A DNA stretch of 41,026 nucleotides from an uncultured Planctomycetales bacterium (GCA_964555545.1 CAZKSS010000001.1:14058-55083); one strand, 5' to 3'. Shown: positions 31,152-40,429, counted from the first letter of the stretch. The notes: generated from the sequence alone by a model not told the origin. Numbers and translations are program-made.

Positions 31152-31179
31152 ATTATATCAGCAAAAATAGCCGGGTCAA
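31152..31179 (-). promoter_or_regulatory. Extended -10 sigma70 promoter for eno-ftsB-tRNA-fMet
   Basis: Minus strand reads TTGACC, a 16-nt spacer ending in TGA, then TATAAT. AGGAGG precedes the ATG at 31126. Confidence 0.6.
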
Positions 31180-31187
31180 GAAAAGGT

Positions 31188-31216
31188 TTGACTAAAATCT
31201 TTTCCTATGTTATTTT
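31188..31216 (+). promoter_or_regulatory. Possible promoter for the ftsH-like gene
   Basis: Reads TTGACT, a 17-nt spacer, then TATTTT. An AAGGAG RBS precedes the ATG at 31238. It sits back-to-back with the eno promoter. Confidence 0.35.
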
Positions 31217-31237
31217 AACATATTAAAGGAGAAAGGC

Positions 31238-32917
31238 ATGGGGTGGAAACAGGTCAGATTCTACTGGAAGTTATACTGGATCAGGATACTGGTCATTACT
31301 ATCCTCGCCGCGCTCGGCATTTCGCTTATCCTGGTAGTGATCAACGGTATCCGCGCCTGGAATGAGGCCGAATCGTATCTGAGGCAATCGCAACTGGCGA
31401 TGATCCCCATGCAACTATACCTACAGATTATCATGGCCCTCATCTTCGGCGTGGTCTATACCTTTATGTGGTATTGGCTGATGTTTAAGCGGGGGGCGCA
31501 ATCCTTTACCCAGGCCGCAAAAAAATCCATTGCCGGCGAGGATATCGGGATTACCTGGAATGACGTGATCGGTATGGAAGAGGCAAAACAAGAGGCCCTG
31601 GAAGTAGTTAAACTCATCACCGACCGTGCCCAACTGCAGCGTATCGGAGGAAAAATCTTAAAAGGCATCCTGATGTTGGGGCCGCCGGGATGCGGAAAGA
31701 CCTACCTGGCCAAGGCCATTGCCACCGAGGCCAAACTTCCTTTTATTTCTATGTCCGGCTCGGAGTTTGTGGAGATGTTTGTCGGTGTAGGCGCAGGCAG
31801 AATCCGCAGTCTATTTAAAAAGGCGCGCCAATTAGCAGAACTCAAAGGCGGATGCATTATTTTTATAGATGAAGTAGACGCCGTAGGCGCGCAAAGGGCA
31901 GCGGATACGGGCTTCGGAGGCCAAACCGAAACCAATACTACCCTGAACCAACTCTTAGTAGAAATGGACGGCCTCAAGGAAAAAGACCTAAACGTGGTGA
32001 TTATCGGCGCCACGAATATGGCGGAATACTTTCTCGATGCGGCCCTCTTAAGGCCGGGCAGGTTTGACCGCAAGATTTACGTGGATAAACCCAGCCTTGA
32101 AGACCGCGAAAAATTATTTGCCTATTACCTGAAAAACGTAAAATACGATGCCAATGATGTAAAGATTGACCGGTTGGCGCGCATTACCGTAGGCAACAGC
32201 CCTGCGGATATCGCCAACATCGTCAGAGAGGCGGCGCTCATTGCCGTGCGCCGGAGCAGACCGCTCATCACGATGAAGGATATCGACGACGCCCGGGAAA
32301 GAATCGCCTTGGGCATTAAACGCAAGATTAAACTCAGCGAAAAAGAAAAATTGCAGGCCGCCTATCATGAAGCCGGACACGCCATCGTTACCTACCTCTT
32401 GGTGCCTTCAAAGGATGTCTTCAAAATTACCATTACCCCTCGCGGCCATACCGGCGGGGTAACCTGGATCCCTGAACGCGAAGAGATACTTATTGAGGAT
32501 GAAAAACAACTCTTAAATGATATCAAGATCTCCCTGGGCTCTTACGCCGCGGAAAAAATAAAATTTGGCTTTACCACCTCCGGCGTAGGCGCAGATTTCT
32601 CGAACGCCCTTTACATCGCCCACAATATGGTCTGGCGCATGGGCATGGGCAAGACCGGCATCATCGGCGATTTTCACGCCCTGGATTTCTACCGGCGCAT
32701 CGGCTCAAGCCCCTTAATTTCCGAAGAGATGAAAGGCCGCCTGGATACAGACGTGCAGGAAATCATGCAAAGATGCTTAAGCGAAGTCACCCAACTCCTC
32801 AAAAAAGAAGAGCCGCTCTTGGAGCGCCTGGCTGGAGAATTGGTCAGTAAAGAAGAATTAAATTACGATGAGATTGAGGCGGTATTTAAGGAATTTGGTA
32901 AGACCCGTCCTAATTAA
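31238..32917 (+). CDS. ftsH: FtsH-like AAA+ zinc metalloprotease
   Basis: 559-aa ORF with two N-terminal TM segments, Walker A (GPPGCGKT), Walker B (IIFIDEVD), an SRH region (RPGRFDR) and the zinc motif HEAGHA. Confidence 0.88.
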   Translation: MGWKQVRFYWKLYWIRILVITILAALGISLILVVINGIRAWNEAESYLRQSQLAMIPMQLYLQIIMALIFGVVYTFMWYWLMFKRGAQSFTQAAKKSIAGEDIGITWNDVIGMEEAKQEALEVVKLITDRAQLQRIGGKILKGILMLGPPGCGKTYLAKAIATEAKLPFISMSGSEFVEMFVGVGAGRIRSLFKKARQLAELKGGCIIFIDEVDAVGAQRAADTGFGGQTETNTTLNQLLVEMDGLKEKDLNVVIIGATNMAEYFLDAALLRPGRFDRKIYVDKPSLEDREKLFAYYLKNVKYDANDVKIDRLARITVGNSPADIANIVREAALIAVRRSRPLITMKDIDDARERIALGIKRKIKLSEKEKLQAAYHEAGHAIVTYLLVPSKDVFKITITPRGHTGGVTWIPEREEILIEDEKQLLNDIKISLGSYAAEKIKFGFTTSGVGADFSNALYIAHNMVWRMGMGKTGIIGDFHALDFYRRIGSSPLISEEMKGRLDTDVQEIMQRCLSEVTQLLKKEEPLLERLAGELVSKEELNYDEIEAVFKEFGKTRPN

Positions 32918-33755
32918 AAGCTGCCTTCTGATTATCCTCCTCTGCGGCTGCACCTCCTCTACTACCCCCACCTACATCCAGGAAAACATAGACACAGCGG
33001 TCAAGGACGTCTGTAAAAAAGAATACCGCATTGATGTAGTCACGAAACTCGTCGGCTCGACCCTCTGGATCTATCTTCCCTTGGAAGACATCTTTGAAAA
33101 ATCCGAAAAGCCGGAAAAATACGTGGAGAGGTTTGAGATCAAAGATAACCGCGAGGATTTCCAGGGAGGAACCTTAGATCTGGAATATCTGATTAGGCCG
33201 ATCGCAGACCAGGAAAAAACTAACGAACTCAAATATAACAAGTCTGCACTGGATAAGGTCAATGACGTCTGGAAGGTGGTACGCCGGGTGCTCTTCAGTA
33301 TGGAGCGCCTGAAAGGAAACGAGCCGCAATTCTTCGTGATGGTGACTGCGGACATAAAAAACGGGTTTGAGATCAAAGAAATTTCTTATATAGAAGACCT
33401 GAAAAAGGTCTCTTATGAGTTTATCTCCTGGGGGGAATACCAGCACCGCACCATCCAGGACACCGCTATCTCGCCTGCTATCGTTGGCGATAAGGAAGGC
33501 CTGCATTTGGACTATCAGGATATCACCATGCAAAACTTTATTGCCGCGCAAATCCGGCAGCGCATAAAATTAAAATTCCAGAAGCCGGAAGTGGACAAAA
33601 GTGCGGATATAGACAAAGAGATCCTCAAAATCGTCGTCTATACCTTAAAGACCTACAGTTTTAAGGACTTTTCCTCCGTGGAATTGAATAACCTCTTGAC
33701 TAACAATAAAATTATTTTGAATCAGGCGGCAGTTTGGGCGAGGCCTACGGAATAA
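32868..33755 (+). CDS. Putative lipoprotein, unknown function
   Basis: 295-aa ORF with a basic N-region, a hydrophobic segment and a lipobox-like LLCGC. Overlaps the ftsH 3' end by 50 nt if the ATG at 32868 is used; a TTG at 32895 is an alternative start. Confidence 0.55.
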   Translation: MRLRRYLRNLVRPVLIKSCLLIILLCGCTSSTTPTYIQENIDTAVKDVCKKEYRIDVVTKLVGSTLWIYLPLEDIFEKSEKPEKYVERFEIKDNREDFQGGTLDLEYLIRPIADQEKTNELKYNKSALDKVNDVWKVVRRVLFSMERLKGNEPQFFVMVTADIKNGFEIKEISYIEDLKKVSYEFISWGEYQHRTIQDTAISPAIVGDKEGLHLDYQDITMQNFIAAQIRQRIKLKFQKPEVDKSADIDKEILKIVVYTLKTYSFKDFSSVELNNLLTNNKIILNQAAVWARPTE

Positions 33756-34347
33756 TCTTGACTGACCTTCCTTCTATCTTTAATTTTCCCTCGGTAAACA
33801 ATTTGATGGCGAGAGGATAAAGTTTGTGCTCTACCTTATGGATTTTGGCTTCCAGGGTCACAGGGGTGTCGTCTTGCTCCACTTTGACTGTCTGCTGTAA
33901 AATTATGGGCCCGTGGTCCATAACCTCATCCACAAAATGCACAGTCACGCCGGTAACCTTGACGCCGTAATCAAAGGCGTCCTTTATTCCTTGCGTGCCT
34001 TTAAAGGCAGGAAGCAATGCCGGATGGATATTCAAGATGCGTCCTGAATAGGCACGCACCAATTCTGGGGAAAGCATCCGCATAAACCCGGCTAAGACAA
34101 TCAAGTCTATTTCTGCTGCTTTTAAATGACCTAAAATTGCAGCCTCAAAATCTTTCTTATTCGGGAAATCTTCTCTTTTGACTAAGGCAACTTTTATCTT
34201 TGCCCGCTTGGCTTTTGTCATGGCGCCGGCCTGGGGATTATCGCAAACCAGCAAAGACAGGTTGGCCTTAATCTTTCCTGACTTGACCGCCCGGATTATG
34301 GCAGCAAAATTCGTACCTCTGCCTGAGGCAAAAACTGCGATATTCAT
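33745..34347 (-). CDS. purN: Phosphoribosylglycinamide formyltransferase
   Basis: 200-aa ORF with PurN blocks (VFASGRGTNF, LAGFMR, NIHPALLP). Its start overlaps the rnfB stop by 4 nt. Confidence 0.93.
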   Translation of the reverse strand: MNIAVFASGRGTNFAAIIRAVKSGKIKANLSLLVCDNPQAGAMTKAKRAKIKVALVKREDFPNKKDFEAAILGHLKAAEIDLIVLAGFMRMLSPELVRAYSGRILNIHPALLPAFKGTQGIKDAFDYGVKVTGVTVHFVDEVMDHGPIILQQTVKVEQDDTPVTLEAKIHKVEHKLYPLAIKLFTEGKLKIEGRSVKIIP

Positions 34348-35180
34348 TCTCTAATCCTTATGGTTTTCATGGGACAGACCTTTACGCATTCACCGCAAGA
34401 CGTACACTTATTATAATCTATTACCGCCAGATTATCAACCCTTCGATTACACCCAGGGTTGACGCTGAGCGCAGTCGAAGCGTCAATCACATGTATGGCG
34501 TCAAAAGGACAGGCCTTTTGGCAGAGGCCGCAGGCAATGCAGCCTACGGGGCAGACGGCTTTGGTTTCTTTACCTGGATCATGAGAAGAGCAGGCGACAT
34601 AAACTGTACTTGTCACCGGGATAAGACTAAATAATTTCTTTGGACAGACCAAGACGCATTTATTGCAGGCCCGGCATTTATCTTTATCCACGACGGGAAG
34701 GCCCTCATCCGACATTTTAATGGCACCAAAGGGACAAACCTTAGCGCAGGTACCAAACCCCAGGCAGCCAAAAACGCAATCTTTCGCTCCCCCTAAAACT
34801 AAATTTGCAGCCACGCAATCTAGGATGCCGTCATAAATATATCTCTCCTTCACCCTGATGCCGCCGTTACAGTGTAAGGTGGCGATGGTCTTAACTTTTT
34901 TCTCTAATTTCTGGCCCAGGAGTCTAGCAATCTGCTCCTTGACCCGCTCTTCGCTGACGCGGCAGGCATCCACAGGCAGTTTGCCGCTTAAGACGCTCTC
35001 GGCAAAGCCAAAGCACCCTGCCCCGCCGCAGGCGCCGCAGTTTGAGCCGGGTAAAAGCCCGTGGATTTTTTCTAAACGCGGGTCAACCTGCACGGCAAAT
35101 TTCTTAGAGGCGATGGCCAGCCCCACGCCGAAGATGGCTCCCAAAACCCCCAAAGTTAAAATGGGTATGAAGATCTCCAT
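34344..35180 (-). CDS. rnfB: Rnf complex subunit B (polyferredoxin)
   Basis: 278-aa ORF with an N-terminal TM segment, a CxxCGxxGC cluster and several CxxCxxCxxxCP ferredoxin motifs. Confidence 0.88.
   Translation of the reverse strand: MEIFIPILTLGVLGAIFGVGLAIASKKFAVQVDPRLEKIHGLLPGSNCGACGGAGCFGFAESVLSGKLPVDACRVSEERVKEQIARLLGQKLEKKVKTIATLHCNGGIRVKERYIYDGILDCVAANLVLGGAKDCVFGCLGFGTCAKVCPFGAIKMSDEGLPVVDKDKCRACNKCVLVCPKKLFSLIPVTSTVYVACSSHDPGKETKAVCPVGCIACGLCQKACPFDAIHVIDASTALSVNPGCNRRVDNLAVIDYNKCTSCGECVKVCPMKTIRIRE
34437..34486. repeat. Two adjacent hairpins within the rnfB reading frame (short palindromic element)
   Basis: Stems AACCCT/AGGGTT (34437-34442 / 34455-34460) and TTGACGC/GCGTCAA (34459-34465 / 34480-34486). 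The core CTGAGCG..AGTCGAAG is shared with the rnfD-rnfE intergenic repeat. Encodes ASTALSVNPGCNRRVD between two ferredoxin motifs. Confidence 0.55.
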
Positions 35181-35789
35181 TTAGAACCTGAATCCGTTGA
35201 ACCCCAAAAAACTCAAACTCATCAGCGCAGCGATAATAAAGGCCAGGGGAAAATCTTTCATGCTCCGAGGCACAGCGCAGAAGTCCAGCCGTTCCCTGAT
35301 CCCCGACATCAAAAGCATGGCCAGGGTATAACCTAAGCCTACGCATATCCCCTGAAACGCCGAATACCAGAAACTTCCGGGCACGGCCCTGCCCTGCACA
35401 AAAAACATATCTATGTTTAAGACCGCTACGCCCAGGACTGCGCAGTTTACCGTAATCAAAGGCAGATAGATGCCGAAGAAGCGATACATCGCCGGGCTAG
35501 TCTTCCTGATAACCATCTCTACGAACTGCACGAAGGTGGCAATGACTAAAATGAAGGAGATGGTGCGTAGATACGTCAGGTGAAAAGGAATGAGCAGGAA
35601 TCTGTAGATGAACCAGGTGATCACCGAAGACATGGTAATCACGAAACACACTGCCAGACTCATGGCCAGCGCCGGTTTTGTCTCCTTAGAAATGGCGATG
35701 AAAGAACACAGGCCCAGAAAACGGGAAAGGATGACGTTGTAGAGAAAAACCGCACTGATAAATATCGTCAGGAACTCTGCGAGGTTCAT
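35181..35789 (-). CDS. rnfA: Rnf complex subunit A
   Basis: 202-aa polytopic membrane ORF of the RnfA/NqrE type. Confidence 0.9.
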   Translation of the reverse strand: MNLAEFLTIFISAVFLYNVILSRFLGLCSFIAISKETKPALAMSLAVCFVITMSSVITWFIYRFLLIPFHLTYLRTISFILVIATFVQFVEMVIRKTSPAMYRFFGIYLPLITVNCAVLGVAVLNIDMFFVQGRAVPGSFWYSAFQGICVGLGYTLAMLLMSGIRERLDFCAVPRSMKDFPLAFIIAALMSLSFLGFNGFRF

Positions 35790-36379
35790 TCTTTTTTCAC
35801 CTTGAGGGTATTAAAAAATCCTAGTAATAAGCCGATGACCAAAAGCGCGCCTGCGGGCATGCCAAGGGCGAAGGCAGGGTCAAACCCTTTAGTGAGACTA
35901 TGGCCTAAGAGTTTGCCTGCGCCCAAGAATTCTCTGATGCCGGAAATAAGAACTAAGGCCAGTGTAAAACCCGCTCCCATCCCTAAGGCGTCAAATAAAG
36001 AATTCACTAAAGTATTTTTGGAGGCATAGGCCTCGGCGCGGCCCAAGACAATGCAATTGACTACAATCAGGGGGACATAGATGCCTAAGGCCCGGTCTAA
36101 GGCCGGACTATATGCCTTCATCACCATCTCCGTAATCGTAACAAAGGTAGCGATGACCACGATAAAACAGGGGATACGGATTCTCTCCGGAACAATATTT
36201 TTAATCAACGCGATGATGATATTAGAGCCCAAGAGCACAAAAGTAGCCGCCACGCCCATGCCTATACCGTTAATCACGGAAACAGATACTGCCAGCGTCG
36301 GGCATAAGCCCAAGGCCAGGACAAAGGTCGGGTTTTCTTTGATGATACCCTTTAAGAACTCATGGATTAATTTCTTCAT
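35786..36379 (-). CDS. rnfE: Rnf complex subunit E
   Basis: 197-aa polytopic membrane ORF of the RnfE/NqrD type (LGLCPTLAV). Confidence 0.9.
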   Translation of the reverse strand: MKKLIHEFLKGIIKENPTFVLALGLCPTLAVSVSVINGIGMGVAATFVLLGSNIIIALIKNIVPERIRIPCFIVVIATFVTITEMVMKAYSPALDRALGIYVPLIVVNCIVLGRAEAYASKNTLVNSLFDALGMGAGFTLALVLISGIREFLGAGKLLGHSLTKGFDPAFALGMPAGALLVIGLLLGFFNTLKVKKE

Positions 36380-36380
36380 C

Positions 36381-36440
36381 CTTCGACTCGCCTTGCTCGC
36401 TCAGGATGACCCTAAAGCGTATTTTGTCGAATGGGTCATC
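36381..36440. repeat. REP-like palindromic element between rnfD and rnfE
   Basis: On the minus strand the core is CTGAGCGAGCAAGGCGAGTCGAAG (36381-36404). Next to it is the 8-bp hairpin GATGACCC/GGGTCATC (36405-36412 / 36433-36440), which overlaps the rnfD stop. Confidence 0.5.
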
Positions 36441-37389
36441 TCGTTCCGTAAATCCTATTTTTCGTATAGCGGTCAATGATCGGGGTAGCGGCATTCATCA
36501 TTAAAATTGCATAAGAAGCTCCCTCGGGATATCCGCCCCAAAGCCGGATCACTGCGGTCAGGAGGCCGCATCCGATGCCGAAGATCACCTGGCCTTTGCG
36601 GGTCAGCGGAGAAGTGACGTAATCCGTGGCCATAAAAAAAGCGCCCAGGATGAGTCCGCCGGATAAAATATGCAATAACCAGTCTCCGCTAAAGAGAGTC
36701 TTGCCCGCGAAGATATAGGTAAATATACCTGTAGTAGCGACATAAGTTATCGGGATATGCCAGGAGAGATAACCTCTCCAGAATAAAAATAATGCGCCCA
36801 AAAGCAAAGCCAAGATGCAGACCTCGCCGATAGAGCCGCCTCTCTTGCCCAAAAATAAATCCAGATAAGAGATATGCTCTAAAGCCCTGCCCTCTTTGAT
36901 TAAGGCCAAGGGCGTAGCCGAGGTAACCGCGTCATACCCAGCCCTTGCGTGCAAGGGCTGGGTAAAGGCCGTCATATACTTTGGCCAGGAGGCCATCAAG
37001 AATACCCGGCCGGCTAGTGCGGGGTTGAAGATATTCTGGCCTAACCCTCCGAAAGCCTGTTTCGCGATGGCAATGGCAAAAAAGGAACCCACTATCGGCA
37101 ACCAGAATGGCACCTGCGGCGGAAGATTGTAAGCCAACAACAGCCCGCTGAGGCAGGCGCTGCCGTCCCAGATGGTGATTTTCCTTTTGGTGCATAGTTG
37201 TAAAACCCCTTCTGTAATTACTGCAGAGATAATCCCTAAGATAATTACTTTCAGCGCCTCCAGGCCGAAAATAATTACGCCAGCGGCGCCTGCAGGGATG
37301 AGGCTTAAAACCACTAACCACATAATTCCCGCCACAGATTCGTCTTTATGTAGGTGTGGGGATGTCGCAACAATGAGTCTATTTTTCAT
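36436..37389 (-). CDS. rnfD: Rnf complex subunit D
   Basis: 317-aa membrane ORF of the RnfD/NqrB type (TSPHLH, SATPL). Confidence 0.9.
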   Translation of the reverse strand: MKNRLIVATSPHLHKDESVAGIMWLVVLSLIPAGAAGVIIFGLEALKVIILGIISAVITEGVLQLCTKRKITIWDGSACLSGLLLAYNLPPQVPFWLPIVGSFFAIAIAKQAFGGLGQNIFNPALAGRVFLMASWPKYMTAFTQPLHARAGYDAVTSATPLALIKEGRALEHISYLDLFLGKRGGSIGEVCILALLLGALFLFWRGYLSWHIPITYVATTGIFTYIFAGKTLFSGDWLLHILSGGLILGAFFMATDYVTSPLTRKGQVIFGIGCGLLTAVIRLWGGYPEGASYAILMMNAATPIIDRYTKNRIYGTR

Positions 37390-37897
37390 TTTCCAGCCTT
37401 GCCTTTACCTCTGCGCTTTTCTTTTTTACCGAGTCGATTACTGCCTTTGAGGAAATGGTTGCGCCGGTAATTGCCTGTACGCCACCTAAATCTTTTTTAT
37501 TCCTGAATTGTCCGGTAAAACTGGATTCGGCAACGCGAGCCCCTAATCCCGGCGTTTCATTCTGGGATAATATTTTGATGACGGTAATTGTCCCGTCTTT
37601 AAGCATGCCGACCATCGTTTCAATAGTGCTGGAATAACCTTTGCCCTGGGCCTTAAAGGCCGCGCCGATTAATTTTCCCGTCTGGTCATAGGCCTTATAA
37701 TAAAGCACTTCCTCGCCGGATTTTACCGCTAGAAAATGCGTTGCCTCAGGCATAACCTCTTGGAGGCTGGCCTCTTCCTCGGCCTGCGTCTGGGCGAGAA
37801 TCTTGCTCCTGGTCAGGACATTCACTCCTGCCAAGAGGCCGGCGGCCACAATACAGATTAGGGACAAGATAAAACCGTAGCGTAGCATTTCTTTCAT
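37379..37897 (-). CDS. rnfG: Rnf complex subunit G (FMN-binding)
   Basis: 172-aa ORF with an N-terminal TM segment and an FMN_bind domain carrying ETPGLG and the flavinylation-type motif ITGATISS. Confidence 0.88.
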   Translation of the reverse strand: MKEMLRYGFILSLICIVAAGLLAGVNVLTRSKILAQTQAEEEASLQEVMPEATHFLAVKSGEEVLYYKAYDQTGKLIGAAFKAQGKGYSSTIETMVGMLKDGTITVIKILSQNETPGLGARVAESSFTGQFRNKKDLGGVQAITGATISSKAVIDSVKKKSAEVKARLENEK

Positions 37898-37913
37898 CCC
37901 TCAACTCCTTTGG

Positions 37914-39200
37914 TCATCTTGCCACCTCTAATTTTGCCCTTTTTATGGACTGCACTAACCTGCGTTTTGCCGGACAGACATAGTTGCAGAGCCCGCATTC
38001 AATACAATCGGCTGCGCCGTAGCCTGCGGCCTGCTGCCATAATTCCTTCTCCGCAGCCAAGTTTATCAGGCAGGGCATCAGGCTCACCGGGCATTCCCTG
38101 ACGCAGGCGCCGCAACGGATACAGAATTCCTCTTCCAGCATCCTGGCTTCTTTTTTATTGAACAATACTACCCCGGTCGTAGACTTGATTACCGGGACCT
38201 CTTCTGTAAATTGGGCAATGCCCATCATCGGCCCCCCGATAATAATTTTAGCCGGATCTTCCTTTAGACCGCAGAAATCCATTAATTCCTTTATGGGCGT
38301 ACCAAGACGCACTAAAATATTCTTGGGATTATTTAGGCAACTACCCGTTACCGTCACTACGCGTTCATATAAAGGTTTATTTTTATAAACGGCTTCGTAA
38401 ATAGCATATAGCGTGGATACATTCTGCACCACCACGCCGATGTCAAAGGGAAGTTTCCCCTGCGGAACTTCCTTGCCTAAAATATTCTTTATCAGCTGTT
38501 TTTCTCCTCCCTGCGGATAAGCGCTTTTTAAAACCCAAACGCTGAACGCTGAACGCTGAACGCTGAATTTCTCTATGGCTTCGGGCTTATTATCTTCGAT
38601 AGCGATAAATACATTCTTCGCCCCTAAACACCTAACCGCCAATTCCATCCCTTGGCAGATCTCCTCTGTTCTTTCTACCATCAGCCGCGCGTCGCCGGTC
38701 AAAAAGGGTTCGCACTCCGCGCCATTGACAATCAAAGTATCTACTGGCTGAGGGGGATTAAGTTTGATGTGGGTAGGAAAACTCGCCCCGCCCAGGCCGA
38801 CAATCCCTGCCTCAAAGACGAGATTGCGGATCTGTTCAGCATCTAACTTGTCTATCTCCGGCTGAACCCTGAACCCTGAACCCTGAACCCTGTCCTGCCC
38901 GTCATTCTCAATTATTATTGTCTTACAGCGGCCGAGGACAGGATGCGGCCATTCCTGGATAGCGCAAACCCTGCCTGAAACCGACGAGTGGATGGGGGCA
39001 GAGACATGCGCCTCAATAGCGGCAATTTTTTGGCCGAGAAACACGGTGTCTCCTACTTTCACCAGCGGTTGACAGACCTTGCCCACGTGCTGGCTTAAAG
39101 GAATGTATACGCGCGCCGGCAAAGGCGCTCTTTCTATGGCTTTGTCTTGTGTATCTTGTTTATGTTCTTCTAATTCAACCATGGAATCTTTCTCTGCCAA
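37914..39200 (-). CDS. rnfC: Rnf complex subunit C
   Basis: 428-aa ORF with GLGGASFPT, YPQGGEKQLI and two C-terminal CxxCxxCxxxCP motifs. An alternative start lies at 39182. Contains two perfect heptamer arrays. Confidence 0.92.
   Translation of the reverse strand: MAEKDSMVELEEHKQDTQDKAIERAPLPARVYIPLSQHVGKVCQPLVKVGDTVFLGQKIAAIEAHVSAPIHSSVSGRVCAIQEWPHPVLGRCKTIIIENDGQDRVQGSGFRVQPEIDKLDAEQIRNLVFEAGIVGLGGASFPTHIKLNPPQPVDTLIVNGAECEPFLTGDARLMVERTEEICQGMELAVRCLGAKNVFIAIEDNKPEAIEKFSVQRSAFSVWVLKSAYPQGGEKQLIKNILGKEVPQGKLPFDIGVVVQNVSTLYAIYEAVYKNKPLYERVVTVTGSCLNNPKNILVRLGTPIKELMDFCGLKEDPAKIIIGGPMMGIAQFTEEVPVIKSTTGVVLFNKKEARMLEEEFCIRCGACVRECPVSLMPCLINLAAEKELWQQAAGYGAADCIECGLCNYVCPAKRRLVQSIKRAKLEVAR
38540..38567. 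repeat. Perfect heptanucleotide tandem repeat (CGCTGAA)x4 inside rnfC
   Basis: Four exact units are read directly. On the coding strand (TTCAGCG)n is translated as FSVQRSAFSV. Confidence 0.95.
38862..38896. repeat. Perfect heptanucleotide tandem repeat (CTGAACC)x4 plus a degenerate unit inside rnfC
   Basis: Four exact units followed by CTGTCCT. The coding strand is translated as QDRVQGSGFRVQP. Confidence 0.95.
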
Positions 39201-40423
39201 ATAAAATTGACGATCCCCACCAGGATAATCAAAATACCGACGGCTACCAGGATATAGAGGTGCGAAAACTTTTCCGCAAGTAGGCTGCTGATGAACATAA
39301 ACAATAAAAACCCTAAATGCATGACTATCTCCATGGAACTGAAGATCTTGCCCATCATTTCGTTATCGCTCACATTATGGATGATGGTATTGGAGGCAAT
39401 CATAATCGGGGCGACCAAAATACCCAGCAGCAAAGACAAGGCCGCTGCCGCAAAAAAATAAGGGTAACGCTGTATAGTCAGGGCAAAAATAACCAGTATC
39501 AGGCCGCTTAAAATCAGAGAAGAAAAGATAATTTTATAATGCGAGAGCCGTTGGCCGAACTTGCCATAGAGGAGCGAACCCAAAAATAGGCCAATCCCCA
39601 AAAACATAATCAAGAGCCCTAAGTCCTTGGTTGCCGAATGCAGCGTCTTCTGCACAAAGACAATCAAAACCACATAGACCGCGCCTAATGCCGACCATAA
39701 AATAAAGATGACGCCTGCGCTAAACCTGACTCCTTTGGTGCGGATGAAATAGAGAATGCCTTCTTTAATCTCCTGAAATACGGATTTCCGGATGACCTCC
39801 ACTATCTCCCGGCTGACCTTGCCTAAATTCATCGAGACGCTGGTCTTTCTGATAATCAAAAATATCAGCGTCCCGGAGATGAGAAAACTCAAGGCATCCA
39901 GATAAAACCCGCTTTTTGCGCCCAACCACTCTACCACTACCCCGCTGATGCCAAACCCTAAAATCGCGGCAATCATGCCGGTCGTATTCACCAGGGAATT
40001 AGCCATTAAGAGGTCTTCTTTATCCACCAGGTCTGGAATGATGGATAATTTTGCCGGGACAAAAAACCTTCCGATGGAGAAAACCACGAAGATGATCAGG
40101 TATACGGGCGTAAGGTATCTGGTATAAAACAAAAAGAGCGGTATCATCAAGACCAGGGCCGACCTTAAAAAATCGCAGGTATACATAGTGCGGCGCCGGT
40201 CCCACCTGTCCACATAGACCCCGGCCAAAGGCCCGATGATAAAGACAGGGATGATGGTAAAGGAAAGGATCTTGGCGATTTCTAAGGTGGAGCCCGGAGC
40301 GCGTAGGTAGACAAAAGCGATCAAGGCCATCTGGTCCAGCCGATCACCCAGCTGAGAGATAATCTGGCCCAACCAGAGCAGGAAGAAATTACGGTTTTTT
40401 AAGACTTCGGTAAATTTAGACAT
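39170..40423 (-). CDS. MFS transporter
   Basis: About 417 aa with about 12 predicted TM segments and an MFS-type loop motif (GVYVDRWDRRR). The ATG at 40423 is preferred over the TTG at 40429 used by the ORF track. Confidence 0.8.
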   Translation of the reverse strand: MSKFTEVLKNRNFFLLWLGQIISQLGDRLDQMALIAFVYLRAPGSTLEIAKILSFTIIPVFIIGPLAGVYVDRWDRRRTMYTCDFLRSALVLMIPLFLFYTRYLTPVYLIIFVVFSIGRFFVPAKLSIIPDLVDKEDLLMANSLVNTTGMIAAILGFGISGVVVEWLGAKSGFYLDALSFLISGTLIFLIIRKTSVSMNLGKVSREIVEVIRKSVFQEIKEGILYFIRTKGVRFSAGVIFILWSALGAVYVVLIVFVQKTLHSATKDLGLLIMFLGIGLFLGSLLYGKFGQRLSHYKIIFSSLILSGLILVIFALTIQRYPYFFAAAALSLLLGILVAPIMIASNTIIHNVSDNEMMGKIFSSMEIVMHLGFLLFMFISSLLAEKFSHLYILVAVGILIILVGIVNFIWQRKIPWLN

Positions 40424-40429
40424 ACTCAA

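Noticed and set aside
14984-38896. Heptamer arrays considered as CRISPR arrays or as phase-variation switches that create pseudogenes.
   Set aside because: The units are 7 nt with no spacers, so they are not CRISPR. All host ORFs remain open and full length through the arrays, so none is currently a frameshifted pseudogene.
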